Below are positions 23,791 through 36,986 of a stretch of 64,000 nt of DNA, piece after piece. This DNA is from Toensbergia leucococca (Eukaryota): NCBI GenBank assembly GCA_022813965.1, contig JALDZS010000008.1, forward strand, positions 186,001-250,000, read 5' to 3'. How positions within the stretch are numbered: position 1 is the stretch's first letter; every line of letters starts with the position of its first letter. The notes under the pieces were generated by a model, which was not told where the DNA came from, ran no database searches, and saw nothing but the letters and a program-made list of their open reading frames with translations. A program made the translations under genes and the position numbers.

Positions 23791-25637
23791 ATGTTCGGAA
23801 TGACTTTTCGCCACCTCATTTACTGCATCTCCCTTTACAGCTTTCTCTTGCTGCCAGTATTGTTGCTCCTCTATTGCATAGGACTAAGCGTATATCGGCT
23901 TTTCCTCCACCCTTACGCCAAGTATCCTGGACCTTTGTTAGCAAAGCTCACTCCCTTATACGGGTTTTACCACGCATACAAAGGCGACTTCCATATCGAT
24001 GTATGGAGATGTCATGAAGAATATGGTGCGTTTCTTCCTGAGCTTCAATCATTTCTAAAGCGCTAATTCATCTACAGGTACCTATGTTCGCTACTCCCCA
24101 GATCGGGTGATCATCAACACGAACACTGCCATTAAGGGTAAGGACCAGACACACGAAAATGTATCTGAGATGACTAACAATACGTTATAGGCATCTATGG
24201 CAATAATAAGAACATCCAAAAGTCCAAGGCTTACGACCCCCTTCCCCTGTCTAAAGGGGTTTTCAATGTCTTTAATGCAATTGACAAAGTCATACATGGG
24301 CGGAAGCGGAGAATAGTCAGCCAGGCCTTTTCAGACTCTGCTCTAAAGTCATCCGAGCCATTCATAATAAATCATATCCGAAACTTCTGTAACTGCCTAC
24401 TTGAAACCGTTGGCACTGATGACAAGGTCTCAGCTGGAGCCTGGACGTCCCCGAAAAATGTGGCGGTTTGGAGTAAGTCATGTCAAGTATACAATTAACT
24501 CTATCTAATTCTGATTTAGGCACTCATATGACCACGGACGTGGTCTCCGATCTCTCATTTGGCAAATCATTTCAATTACTTAACAAGCCAGATATGCACT
24601 TTATTACCGAGTCCATCGGTAGTTATGTCAGCCGTGGGTTCATGGCTATGCAATATCCAGCACTCTTCTCCCAGGGTACAGGCAGCTGGTTAAGCCTTCA
24701 TACCTGGCTTTTCCCGGGCCTACTAGATAGGGGGCGCTATGCACAAGCAACAGGAAATGTGGCTCAAGAAAGAATCGACTCTAAAGACTCAATGAAAGAC
24801 CGTAAAGACATCATGTCCCTTTTGCTTGAAGCTGAGGATCCAGAGACGGGAGAGAAGTTGTCTACCATGGAAGTTCGCTCAGAAGCTCATTTAATGATCA
24901 GTGCTGGTGAGCCAATACCCAGGATGGATTTCTCAATCTAAGCGATGTAGTGTCACTGCACTACTAATCTTTGATGAGTAGGGAGTGATACCACTGCGAC
25001 TGCAATCTCAGCCGCCTTATTCTACCTTTCTCGTAACCCTGGTGCTTACAAGAGGCTGGCAACTGAGATTCGTAGCACTTTCTCAAGTGTCGAATTAATT
25101 CGTCGAGGGTGTGCACTATCGTCTTGCGCTTACCTTCGCGCTTGCCTGGACGAAGCAATGCGCATGTCTCCGCCCGCACCTGGCGTTTTCTTCCGCGAGG
25201 TTTTGAACGGAGGCGCAATGATCAATGGCGAATTCATCCCGGGAGGATATGATGTTGGCACAGGCATATATGCAATCCACCACAATCCGGCATATTTTCC
25301 TGATCCCTTCACTTACAAACCCGAACGCTGGATCGTCAGCGCAACGAACCCTGAGTCCCAGATTGAACTGGCCAAAAGCGCCTTCATCCCGTTCAGCTAT
25401 GGCCCAAGGGCCTGCGTTGCGAAGCCACTGGCATATCTAGAGATGACGCTGGCAGTAGCCATGATATTTTACTTGGTAGATTTTAGGGTTGCGCAAGGAG
25501 AAATTGGGAGAGTAGGTGAGGGGAGACCTGAGTTAGAATACGGAAGGCATAGGGTGGGCGAGTATCAGATCAGGGATCAAATGACGAGCGCCAAAGATGG
25601 GCCGATGTTGACATTCCGGATTCGAGAGAAATGTTGA
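23791..25637 (+). CDS. Cytochrome P450 monooxygenase
   Basis: N-terminal TM then HPYAKYPGP; I-helix A|GSDTTA; EAMR (ExxR); PERW; heme FSYGPRACVA. Four introns. Confidence 0.95.
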
Positions 25638-26624
25638 ATTGAGTGTGAAGGTCTGACGGAAAGCAGAATACTAACTTCACTACTCTTGTCTACTTGGTCA
25701 AGTCTGTCATGCTTCCTTAACTTCAATCTTTCTTGCAGAGGTTTTCTTGAAAATAGATAGGCTGCTGAATATTGGGCAATGCTAATTGGAAAAGTCAATT
25801 GGTGCGGTGCAGTCCTCATCCTTGCCTTGTAAATATATATGTTTTATATCTTGTTAATTTCTCAACGTCTAACGCGTATACTCTATGCATTCATATTACA
25901 CTCGGTCGACGATCCAGACTCAATCTGAGAATGCTTTGGGAATTCTGCCGTGCCATTTCTCCTGCTCGTTACTTTCAATTTCTGCACATGGTTGATTTTG
26001 AAGCAAAAGCATAACCTTGTTTTGAGTGTGAGCATGCTGAGAAACCATCATCTGTTACGAAACATTCTACAATGTGAGTCAGTCACAAAAGGGCAATAAT
26101 CGTTGACTGGTCCTGTGAGCTTTGCACGAACTCTCTGGCAAACTCAAAGGCTCTTGGCGCCAGGATCACACATGTCAGATCAATGTTATGGATCTCAACA
26201 ACAATATTGGGCTTGTTGATTGGAGGTCTGCTGCCCAGTGGACAAGGCATTTCCACATGGAAAAGAACCATCTTTTGTGCTTGTAGCATACTGCTGCTCC
26301 TACTGTACTCCGAGTCGCTCTAGATGGCTCGGAAAGCAAGAAGCACCAGGCATGTCGTGCATACTCGCTACACTAAGACGAAGAAGAGTTCAACAGGCAG
26401 TACTCTCTGGTCGGATGAAGCTGCCGATGTTGAAAGCCCGTTTCTTCTATATATACTGGCCACCCTTTCTTATGGCTGCTATTCATTCAAATATCTATTA
26501 TATTCCTTGCTCACCCACCACCCGCTCTTCTTGCTACTGCATAACCAACACGTCACTGCATAAATAGCAAGAAGCTGCTTCCAATCCCTCTCTCTCATCT
26601 ACAATCCCTTGTCCCGTTTCAACC

Positions 26625-27629
26625 ATGCATCTCCACTGTCACAAATGGTGGAACTGGCTCCTCCCCGTCACCTGCATACACAGGGTCCCCAAACACTCAG
26701 TAGGCCCTTGCAACGGTAACTTGGCCCTCTGCGATCGGCAATACTCCGAGGTCAGCCAAATCGGCACGCACGGCTCCCCCTTCGACGGCACATACTCTCC
26801 ATTCGACAACCAGGGCACATCCACGATCGGACAACTCGAGCAAGGCGTGCGATTTCTTCAAGCCCAGACGCACATGTACATGGGCGAATTGCATCTCTGC
26901 CACACCTCATGCCTGGGAAAGGACGCAGGAACGCTCGAGGCCTGGTTGTCCATGCTGAAGGGCTGGATGGACGGCCACCCCATGGAAGTTGTCTCCCTGT
27001 TGCTCACGAACGGGGGCTATGTCGATATTGAGGAATTCGACCCGGCTTTCAAAAACAGCGGCATCAAAGATCTCGTCTTCGTCCCGTCTGTGACCCCTGG
27101 TGTTTTGAAAATGGATGAATGGCCCACTTTCCAGCAACTCATCGACAACCAAATGAGACTGATCGCATTCGTCGGTTTGTTTCCCCCTCATTCCTACTAC
27201 CTCCAGCCCTCAACAGCCTCAAACCCAAAATCTAACTCCAGCGCAGACTACCGCGCCAACGTAGGCACCACCCTCTACCTCCTGGACGAATTCGCCTACT
27301 TCTTTGAAACACCCTACGACACCACCGACCCCTCCTTCGGCGAATGCGCCCTCGATCGCCCCCCTGGCTCCTCCCCCGATGGCAAAATGTACATTGTGAA
27401 CCACTTCCTCGACTACAAGGTCATTTCCGACAACCTCCTCGTTCCCAATCGATGGGCCGATGATCGATGGGCCGATGATCGAACGAATTCTGCGACGGGA
27501 AGGGGGAGCATTGGCGCGCAAGTCGCCCGCTGCCATGGGAAGTATGGGCGGAACCCGAAGGTTGTGTTGGTGGATTGGGCCGATTCGGGAAATGTCGTGG
27601 AGGCGCAGAATCGGATGAATGGGGTTTAG
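26625..27629 (+). CDS. PI-PLC-like (X-domain) phosphodiesterase
   Basis: CNGNLALCDRQYSEVSQIGTHGS, QLEQGVRFLQAQTH, LCHTSC, EVVSLLLTN, YLLDEFAYFFETP, NHFLD. Probable 72-nt intron 27175-27246. Confidence 0.88.
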   Translation: MHLHCHKWWNWLLPVTCIHRVPKHSVGPCNGNLALCDRQYSEVSQIGTHGSPFDGTYSPFDNQGTSTIGQLEQGVRFLQAQTHMYMGELHLCHTSCLGKDAGTLEAWLSMLKGWMDGHPMEVVSLLLTNGGYVDIEEFDPAFKNSGIKDLVFVPSVTPGVLKMDEWPTFQQLIDNQMRLIAFVGLFPPHSYYLQPSTASNPKSNSSADYRANVGTTLYLLDEFAYFFETPYDTTDPSFGECALDRPPGSSPDGKMYIVNHFLDYKVISDNLLVPNRWADDRWADDRTNSATGRGSIGAQVARCHGKYGRNPKVVLVDWADSGNVVEAQNRMNGV

Positions 27630-27989
27630 TGGGTTTGGGGTACCAGGAGGCTTGAAAAAAGGGGGGTCCCTCTACTGGACTTGGACTCTTTGATACTTGC
27701 ATGCCTATATGGGGATTCTACCAGAAGACCGTAAGATACTGACGTCAGCTTTCGTTACAGCAGCACACACGTCTCACACCGACTGCTTCACCAAAACCGG
27801 AGACCTAGCGACGGTGATGCAGAGGAGGAAAAGGCACTAGACCGGCCACTTCAGGGGCCAATTCAGGCCAGTAGTGCCCCCCCTCTCGCGTGACGCCGCA
27901 GAATGAAAGGAAGCAACATCAAGCCTGAAAGGACAGAGGAAGGAAAAAGCAAAGAGTAGGCGATACAAAAGGCGAGATGGGCATACCGT

Positions 27990-28960
27990 TTGATACGATG
28001 GAAAGCTAAGAGTACAAAGCAGAAGAGTTTGTGGGTCACAAGACTCATAACGCGCAAACCAGACGATTGAGAGGCAGAAACAGAGGGGCGGATTTATTCA
28101 ATTGGACTTTCTAGACCGCCAAAATACTCATACTTGGATGATTGGTGGGCGTATGTTGTGGTCAGTCTAGACTATCCCCAAGCAGCCTTCGTCAATGCCG
28201 ACGACGCCTTAATAATAGACGCCAAGGAGATCAACGAGATGTTCGATAAGCTGGACGACCTTCCGGCGAGGGCAGTCCATCAAGTCAACTATCGAGGGGG
28301 GCTTGATAAAAATGCATAAACGCATCAGCGATACCCGAGATCATGACGAGAAAAGTTTTAGAGCTATTACTCGGTCCTTGCAGACGGGGTAGATGATACG
28401 TGATGGAGAAGGAAGCTCTATCCAATGTTGATTTTTATCGACACGATCGCGGATAGTAGGCAGTTTTGCATATGAAATTGCATGAGGGTTCTGGTAGCGG
28501 GTCATGTGCAAAAAGCATGCCTGATCTAATCCTTTGCGTGTGATTCTCACATACGTTTTTCATTTGGCTTGTGTTTGTCTTGGGAGTTATCCTATATAAG
28601 TAGGTATTCGGAATGGGATGACGGTGACTTATATTTCTTGGAACGATGGATCTGGATGATGGTACTGATGATGAAACCCTGAGATTACCTACCGTGTTTA
28701 TTGAGAGAAAGAATGAAAAGGAGGTAGTGTAGCACAAAATGATGATTCAGGGGGAAGCACAGAAGATGATCAAGGAGATACGCACCCAAAGCAAACCTCA
28801 GCTCCTTGACATCCTGCGGAATCCTGATTTTGATGCTGATCGCAGTGGTGATCGTGCCTGGAAATCAAGACACTTAAGGAAGATGATCAAGGAGATACCC
28901 ACCTAAATAGGACTGAACTCTCTGACATCCCTAGTGACTCTGAAAGCCTTGGTTGCTGAG
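27990..28960 (+). pseudogene. Decayed chromatin-reader-like gene relic (PHD-finger remnant)
   Basis: SCAKSMPDLILC then, after a frameshift, FHLACVCLGSYP at about 28500-28595. Acidic tail with imperfect repeat GAAGATGATCAAGGAGATAC at 28762 and 28879. Many stops. Confidence 0.3.
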
Positions 28961-29682
28961 CCAATGTCTTATGGTAGCGTGTGAGAAGATTTTGCTTTTA
29001 TAAATTCAGCACCTGTTTCATCTCTTAGGACAACTCATTGCAGTATCCACTATTCGTACTTGTCGAGGACTATAATATACAAATGGCCGACTTCCGTGAC
29101 TCAAAGGGCCTGTTGCGAGCCGGAAAAGGGCGTCTCTACGGGTAAAACTTTATGAAGCTATGGACATGTTGAATGATGGTCACGATCGGAAGAAATTTTA
29201 CTTCCGCCCTGACTAATGCCACCAATACTGCTTTTTAAGCCCATTGTCTGTTTGGCGAAGTTATGGGTTATCGTTGCTATCTGACATCGAAAGGCAGTTT
29301 TAGCTTGCTGCAAAACCACCAGCTGAAAAGATAGATCAATGTCGAATCCATGACTCTTTCGCAGCGCACTATAGCAATTGCCCATCGCAAGAAAGGTATC
29401 CAAGAGTATCCTTTTTGGTCATGTCATGTCGGGGTAGTTATATGCGCGAGGGGAAGCTTTTCTCGAGTGTTTTGCCGCGCAGATCAAAGAAAGGGAATTT
29501 GACACCCTTACGTATCTCAAATCGTGACCATCAATGATGTCTTGCGCTTGATCAAAGGAGGCTTTTTGAAACCCGGGGAAATTGAACCATGTATTCTCAT
29601 CTCTCTCATAAACAGTGTTTTCTTACAATCTTCATCTTCAAGAAGCTGTTTCGCTGCAATATCATGGTCAGAGAAACTCAAT

Positions 29683-31367
29683 ATGCTCTTTCCTTTCTCA
29701 TTACGGCGTTTCCTTCCCTATATATCGACCCCATATCTAATTGGGATTTCTCGCCATGTTGATCCAAGTAGAGCAGTGGGTCCATTGTTCCCAGACTTTT
29801 ACGACTGCAGGACAGACTTCGGTGAAGACCTCTCTGGAAGGGCTTGCCTAAGTGCATGGAGTCAGATGCCAACCAGCACCGACCATATTATCTTTAGTCG
29901 TGAAGCTTCCACCGTCTCTTGGATAGTCCAGGTGCCCAAAGTATACGCTTGCGACGTTCCACGTAAGTTTTCGAGGCCCCCAGTCGATCAGTAACAACTC
30001 TAATCAATCTCGTGATCAACGTAGTATGGTCTCCATGCAAGGTCACCATCGAATTGGATGGAAGATCATTGACCGATGATTCAGTAATGGCCACATGGAA
30101 AGTTATCAGCCAGATGACTAGAACTCTTATCGAAAACTGCGTTGTCAATTTTGGGGGACTAGGTGGATACTTCACTTATGGCCTAGAGGATGTTGCTCAG
30201 GCTGTTGCATCTCCTGTAATGTATGATCTGAGGGACGTTCCACTCCCAATCCCTGTTGAACAGCCTGATGGCATTGGTGTCGACCTTGGAAATCCCATCA
30301 TCGCAGACAACGGTGGCATCAGTAAGTTGTGCAGAAGTGAACTTTCATGCATCCGGCATCTGATCCTAGTGGTGTGTTCAATCTGACATCCGGCCGTCCG
30401 ATCCATCAGATATACCTGCCTATATGATCGTCACTGTGTCCGGTATCAGTGAGACGGTTGGAAAGGCAGATATAGATCCATCGGTTGGTGGTGCCATCCT
30501 ATCTAGGTTCGTTTGGTGATGCAATGTTGAGCTCTGAGCACTGACATCACTCTCGTAGGTTGAAGACTCTTTTTGAGCAAGGGACGGATCCGAATTCACA
30601 AAACTCAATTGGGAGGTCCATTGGCGCATTGGCAAAATATCGGACGATTCCATATTCCGAGATTCATAGACGGTGGTGGGACTTTTCTCTTGGACCCGTT
30701 ACACCAGTCCCTTCTAACGTGAAATACTCGTGCGATGCCACACTAGGAAGCCCAAGCACTGCTAATTGCGAGGCTGCACTATATCAATTCCTTCAAGACG
30801 GAGAGGTAACCCTTGATCCCCTGACGGGACCAGTAATCAAGCTTGCAGGTATATCAAGCTTACCCGTTCTTTGCCACTTAATCACAGACTTCTGATATTT
30901 GGTTAGGGAATTGTGCGATAGCTGTTGGAGCGATGGAGAAACACACCGTCTCTTGGGATATCCTCCGGAGCGTTGCAGAGATACTACTGGCCACTTGCAT
31001 TAGTGGTCCTCGATCTGTAAAATTTGGCGGCACTGCTTTAAGTCAGCCATTCAGAGCGAGGAGAAGACAAACAGGCAAGTCCATCACAGCCTACGTTCTC
31101 CTTCCAGGACTCGAGCACTGACCGGAGTCTATCAAGTACAAAGGCACATCCTCGGATTTTCCAAACACGTTTGAGATTGCTGTTTACCTTCAAGATACAT
31201 TCAATGGAGCGGCGGACGCAACATGCGCCTGGGGCGTTGTGGCGAGTCATCAGGGTGATGTAAGAACATGTTCGGCTCAAACGGCTATCCGGCCACCTGA
31301 GCGTCTGCTTGGCTCGAATGTTACGATTGGTGATAATTTGACAGCTAGAGCACTGGATCAGTGGTGA
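29683..31367 (+). CDS. Cys-rich hypothetical protein, probably secreted, with two similar domains
   Basis: Six exons joined by canonical branch and acceptor signals; last intron 31075-31143 is GC-AG. Two domains with pattern C..C..A..Q...C.I...W..I/L...L...C...GG. Confidence 0.7.
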
Positions 31368-33294
31368 AGACTCTAGCAGGAAGACGGCTTTGGTCGGGAC
31401 AAACCGGTTGGATAGTCAACGTCAGGTCCAAACCTCTCAGCATAGCGTACTTGCATGCTAGAGTGTATGCAAAAGAAAAATGGACTTTCAAATGATCAAG
31501 AGAAGAAGAAAATACAAAGGTTTGCATGTCTATGTCATCAGATTGTAGATACTTACATGAATAGAGTGAGAAATAATGAAAGTACAGCAGCCTTTTGAGA
31601 AGTGAGTATATCTTACTCAGCTCTTAATATCATACCTAGCTGAACAGCACATGTATTGATATGACTGAGTCACTGGTACTCCAATACTCTTAGCAGGTGA
31701 AGGTGGAGGATATTGGATTTCTTACGACTTTTAGAGCTGACCCTTCACTGTCAAGATGGGTTTCATCACTTCTTTGAAAGCCGCTGTCGCTTTCATTGGG
31801 ACTTACAATCTAAGCTATCAATCGAGCAGTTCGGAAGGTGAGGATTATGACAAGGCAATCAGCGAATACGGTAATTGGAGCTGGCGAGCCAGCATAGCCA
31901 TAGCATTCTAGATGCATACTCAAAGTTAGCTCACGCTTGCATTTGAAGATTTGGATTAACTCAACAAACCCCTAGTGTACACCTCTTCTCCACTTCCCGT
32001 CTTTCATCTGTCTCCTCCATTTCGTAATAATTCGACGTGCTCGAACAAAGGCTCGTTTCTGTAGAAGGTGTACGAGATCAATTGACAAATTAAGGTGACA
32101 TAAAGAGGAGAGAGGATGTCAATCAAGTTGTGTAAGGCTGTTAGGTGGCACTGGAGACCGCTCCAGAAAGTGGGTCCGCCACACACCTCCTGAGATACAT
32201 ACGAGTAGTCGCATTCTTACTCTCAATTCTGACCACGATGGTCTCTTCGGCAATCGTCAACGTTCCCCTCGGGGGCAGAACGAACTCTACCTATTCCACA
32301 ATCTTAGCAAAGTGGTTTAAGGTATCAGCGCATGCACAAAGGCCTGACAACCTTGGCGTTGAAAATATTTTATATTGCCGCGGTCGTCAAAAGAAGGAGC
32401 ATCGCACATCTTCATTCAGACTCACTGTCACCGTCATTGAGACTTTTCATCTGAGCGAATCACCAAACACCTGAGGTCAGGTGGATATCGACATAAAACA
32501 TATGTTTCACACTCCCAAGCATAGCTGCGGACAAGAGATGATAGCTATTCTATCTTCCATCAATACACTACTTCGCTGTAAATTCACTGGGTTTTCACTC
32601 AAAATGGATGCCCAAAAGTCCAATGCCACCTTCCTCTGGCGCGGCTGGACGTGAGAGCGGATCTCGTGTGGTCCTACAAGGGGATTTCGTTTTAGGGTGA
32701 GAAGTTAGCAGCAAAATCATCTCAGGCTTTTTCATGATTAAAACAAAAGAACTTGTTCACTGAGACCGAAGCCTTTCATTTACACGAAGTAAGTTGAGTT
32801 TTGACTAGTTTGGGGTTGTCTTAGAATACCTTAGCCGGCACCATCGGTACCTATTCTAGTCGAAACTCTCCGGTGGTTGTGACGAATTAAGGTAGATACG
32901 CCCTGGCCTATTCTAGCTTCTACCTACCTAGTCATGACCACTTGAAGATAAGGCTGGGAGGATCCATGGTAAAGTGAAATTGCACCTTTCGACTCTCTGT
33001 GATGATCATTATCATCTACAATATCTCCCATCTGCTCCGTAAACACGAGCACAAGTACAACTTCCCATCTAAATCCACATGACGCGAAGACATGGACAAG
33101 ATATTGGGCGAAGCTGGACAAGATGCCCACAACCGCGTAGCAAACGTGAATGCGGCACAGCGCATGATATGGAATAGTCCTGTTCTTGTTAGTGCTATTA
33201 ATATTTCAGACCTCACAACCCTAGTGGCCCCAAGTCGCCGACCTCACCCTCTGCATTCTACATCTTGCCCCACACTTACAAGTGCCCATTCACC

Positions 33295-34869
33295 ATGATC
33301 CCGCGAAAGAGCATTCTTCTCTTCACAAACTCCGAATATGGACAGGCCAACGTCATGTTGGCTACCGCCCACGACCTACTCCTCCGAAGCCATTTGGACG
33401 TACATCTAGCTTCCTTCCCTATACTACAACCACGCGTCGCCGACATCCACGTCAGTGGCAGAAGTGTCACCTTCCATGCCATCTCTGGTCGCTCGATGTT
33501 CGAGGCACACCATACACGTCTCGGGGACCTCGATCTATCCCATCCTACTGGCCTCAATGGCGCCGTGCTTGCCTTCAACAAATTGACTAGTCTAGTCCTC
33601 CCTTGGGATAGCCCGGAATACATTGAACAGTTCAAGGATTGTATGGAGCTCATCAAGACGATTAGTCCCGCTCTGGTAGTTGTAGATCCTCTATTTCCTC
33701 AAAGCCATGATGCATGCAAGAGCTTGTCGCACAAGTACATCGTTCTCACCCCAGTCTCCTTGAAAGAATTTGTTGGACCTGCCCAGCCAAACATGGCCCC
33801 GTGGTGGAAGTATCCCGTGTGAGTCCCGCCATCACCTGTAAATTTCTCCGTGCTGACCATTCAATGCCACACAGAACCTGCTCTGGCTTTCCTTATCCCT
33901 TGCCGTGGTACTTGATTCCGCTCAACGTCTATCTTCTCCTGCGAGTAATGCTAGTTTTTATCTTCGACCCTAACGTTAGAAGGATTATCAGCATCCGCAA
34001 GAAATATGGCTTGACCTGGAATTTACCGACTTTTGCCCCTTACACCCCAGCAGCCCACTACATCACCGCGTCTCTCCCCGAGATGGAATTCCCATATACC
34101 ATCCCGGAAAACATCACTTTTTGCGGCCCCATTCTCCTAGCCGTGACCCCCATCACCGAAAGTGACCCAGAGATGGCAAAATGGCTACAGCAAGCACCCA
34201 CCATCTTAGTGAACCTCGGCTCACACGTTGTGTCCGACGCGCAAGTTGCTCGCGAGCTAGCAAGTGGCCTGAGAGTAATCCTCGACTGTCGGCCAGACTT
34301 GCAGGTGCTATGGAAACTCCGGTCCAAGGATTCCGTAGGGGACAGTCTCTCCGAGGTCTTGGGGAAAGAGATGAAGTCCAAGCGTGTGCGAATCGAATCT
34401 TGGCTTGCAGCAGATCCTTTGGCGATTATGCAAAGTGGAAACATCGTCTGCTCGGTGCATCACGGCGGTGGCAATTCATTCTACGAAGCTACTGGGTAAG
34501 TCATCTCCTCACTCTTGCCTCCCCTCCTACCCAAAAAGCCCTGAAGCTTTCTTCGCTAAGAGGGACCTTTCATCAAACAGGACTGGCATTCCTCAGGTCA
34601 TCTTACCGGTATGGTACGACACCTACGACTTCGCCGAGCGCGCCGAACGTCTCGGCATCGGCATCTACGGCAATCGCCGTTCCGCTCCTGGAGCCAACGC
34701 AGCCGAATTCGGCAAAGCATTGCAGATCGTTGTCGGTGATGGGAGGGTGAGAGCGGAAGCGATTCGGGAACGAGCGATGGCTTTGGCGGTGATTTGCCAG
34801 AAGGCTGGGGGACGGGCGACTGCTTGCGCGAAGATGATGGAGATGGCGGGGGTGAGCGAGGATGAGTAG
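33295..34869 (+). CDS. UDP-glycosyltransferase (GT1)
   Basis: LLFTNSEYGQANVMLA; CSVHHGGGNSFYEA..GIPQVILPVWYDTYDFA..LGIG signature. Two introns. Confidence 0.92.
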
Positions 34870-36986
34870 GTCATGATGGTGTGGTATAGAGGGAGGGTTT
34901 GTTCCCATCACATCAAAACATTTTGCTCATTCTTTTGCGCTTTCGCCGATTCAATCCCCGACGGCTTGATGTTGCAAATGATATCCGATAGATGCTGTGT
35001 GAAACAATAGATGGATTGCCTAGGCCTCCAAGCTTCTGAAAAATTGGTTTCACTTGTACATCTCTGTTTGATGTTGCTATGACGCACTTGGATTTTTTCT
35101 TGTACAGATATTAGGAGAAGTGTTTTGATACCTGTGTATTTTAATTTATGTTCATTTTTTTTCTTTCTCTGCGTCATTCATTAGGGGGGGGTGAGGTTTA
35201 GAAGGTCTGATGCTAGCACTCCCTTGCTTTTTTTTTCTTCTTTTTTTTTCTTGTTTTCTTGTTTTCTCCGGCTTGGTTTCTTTCCTGGCTCTGGTCCGTT
35301 TTTTTCTTGGGGAGGAGGGGAGGGGGGTTTGTTATCTTTTGCGCATCTTGTTTTTTTAATGTGTGTATGTGGTCTTTTGTTTCTTGGATTCTGTGTGGCG
35401 CTTTTTTTGGGATCTTTCGTTTTCGTGGGGGCGGGTGGGAGGGTGGGGAGATTGTTAAAAAGAAGAGAAGAAGAGAAGGGGAGGGAGTTGTTGATTGGTT
35501 GTTGATTGACAGTTGATGGATATTGTTTCTAGGGGCTGTTCTTTAGAGAGTAGTGGATTCTTTTTTTTCCGAGGGAGGCGCGGGGAGTGGGGGGGTTGGA
35601 CTGTGTGGTTGCAGCTTTGACCTACTGGTGCTGGGATGGGGGGTTGGGATAGGAGTTTGGAGACGCCTTTGCGCCTGTTTAGTTGTGGAAACTAGAGTGG
35701 GTTTTCCGAGGCGGGATTTTTCGGTTTTTATGTTTCTTTTTTTTGGGGGGGGGGGGGGGGGGTTGGGAAGGGAGGCGAAGAGGGGTTTGGAAAGGGGGGT
35801 TTCAGAAAGGGGGAGGGGGATGGGTGGATGGAGAAGGTTTTTTGGTGCGGGTGCTTTGTCTATTGTGAGGGTGGGGGGGGGGTGGGTAACAGGGTAAGCG
35901 GGAGAGGGATTCGGGTTTTGAGGGGTTAATTGAGGAGGAGGGGAAGATGGATTGGGTGGATGGTTGAGTGAGGGAGGTGAGAATGGTCATGGGGGAATTG
36001 GACGTTCGTGGTAGGAAGTGGGAAGGGCGTAGGGGGTCTTGATGCCTCTCTTTTTTTGAGTGGTTAGGGCGGGTTGTTTCGAGGCCCTGGAAAGGTGCGA
36101 TTGTGGAATTCGCGTTGGCATATGGAGAGGGTTGACATTTGTGGGGTTGGGATCGGTGGCCGGGTCGTGAGTCTGGGAAGGGTGGGTGGAGACGTGGTGG
36201 GGGATTTATGGCACAGGTTCTGCATTTAAGGAGGGAAGATCTTGACGGCTGGAAAATGTAGCTGGGGATGTCAAAGGCGGTCTTTTTGCTATGGTGAAAG
36301 ATATGTCCATGTCTGATTCTGGGGGCAGAAGGTTTTCGAGCCGCCGCTGCGTGTGTGAGAGCTCAGTATGTTTCTCATCAGGGCTATAGACTGGATGGGT
36401 CTGATATGTGTATGGAGTAGGGCAAAGGAGATGAAGGCGTTGTGAGGGATTGGAGGCTCCTGCTGCTGGATGGAGGTGGGCGTTGGATGGGGAATGAGTA
36501 AGGAGGCTGTCCTGTTTGGAGAATGGAAGAGGTTTGTTTGGTTGGGTAAGTTGGAGGGTCGGTTGCTGGTTAGGACGAGTAGGCGAAGGTGCTGTTGATA
36601 CTGAGGATGGGTCTTTGTTTCGGGGCATGAAGGGGGGCAGAAAGATTAGGAAGACGAGAGAGAAAAAAGAGGAACCTAGCTGTAAGGATTGTATTCACAT
36701 GCTTGTAATAAACTGATATTTTCGACTCAAGTACTTACCGTCGAAGCCTGTCTAATTCCTTTCCTATTGTTTTTGGACGGTGGAAATTTAGAGCAAGCTG
36801 GATAATGTTTACCTCGTCGGGAAGCAGCCTAGCAGCGGGATCAATTAATCAATGAAAACGATACTGTCTTGCTAAGAACTTCAGGGCCAGAGTACAGCAT
36901 TTCCGAACATGGCTGATCTTGCGACGCATGTCAAAAAGTCCTCAGCAAGGAAAGTCGTCTGATCGTAGGAAGAGTCTGCATGGGCT

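Noticed and set aside
35190..36716. ORFs in the G/T-rich tract downstream of the UGT, including 36206-36628 (-)
   Set aside because: Low-complexity, Pro/Ser-rich translations with no recognisable domain; likely by-products of skew.
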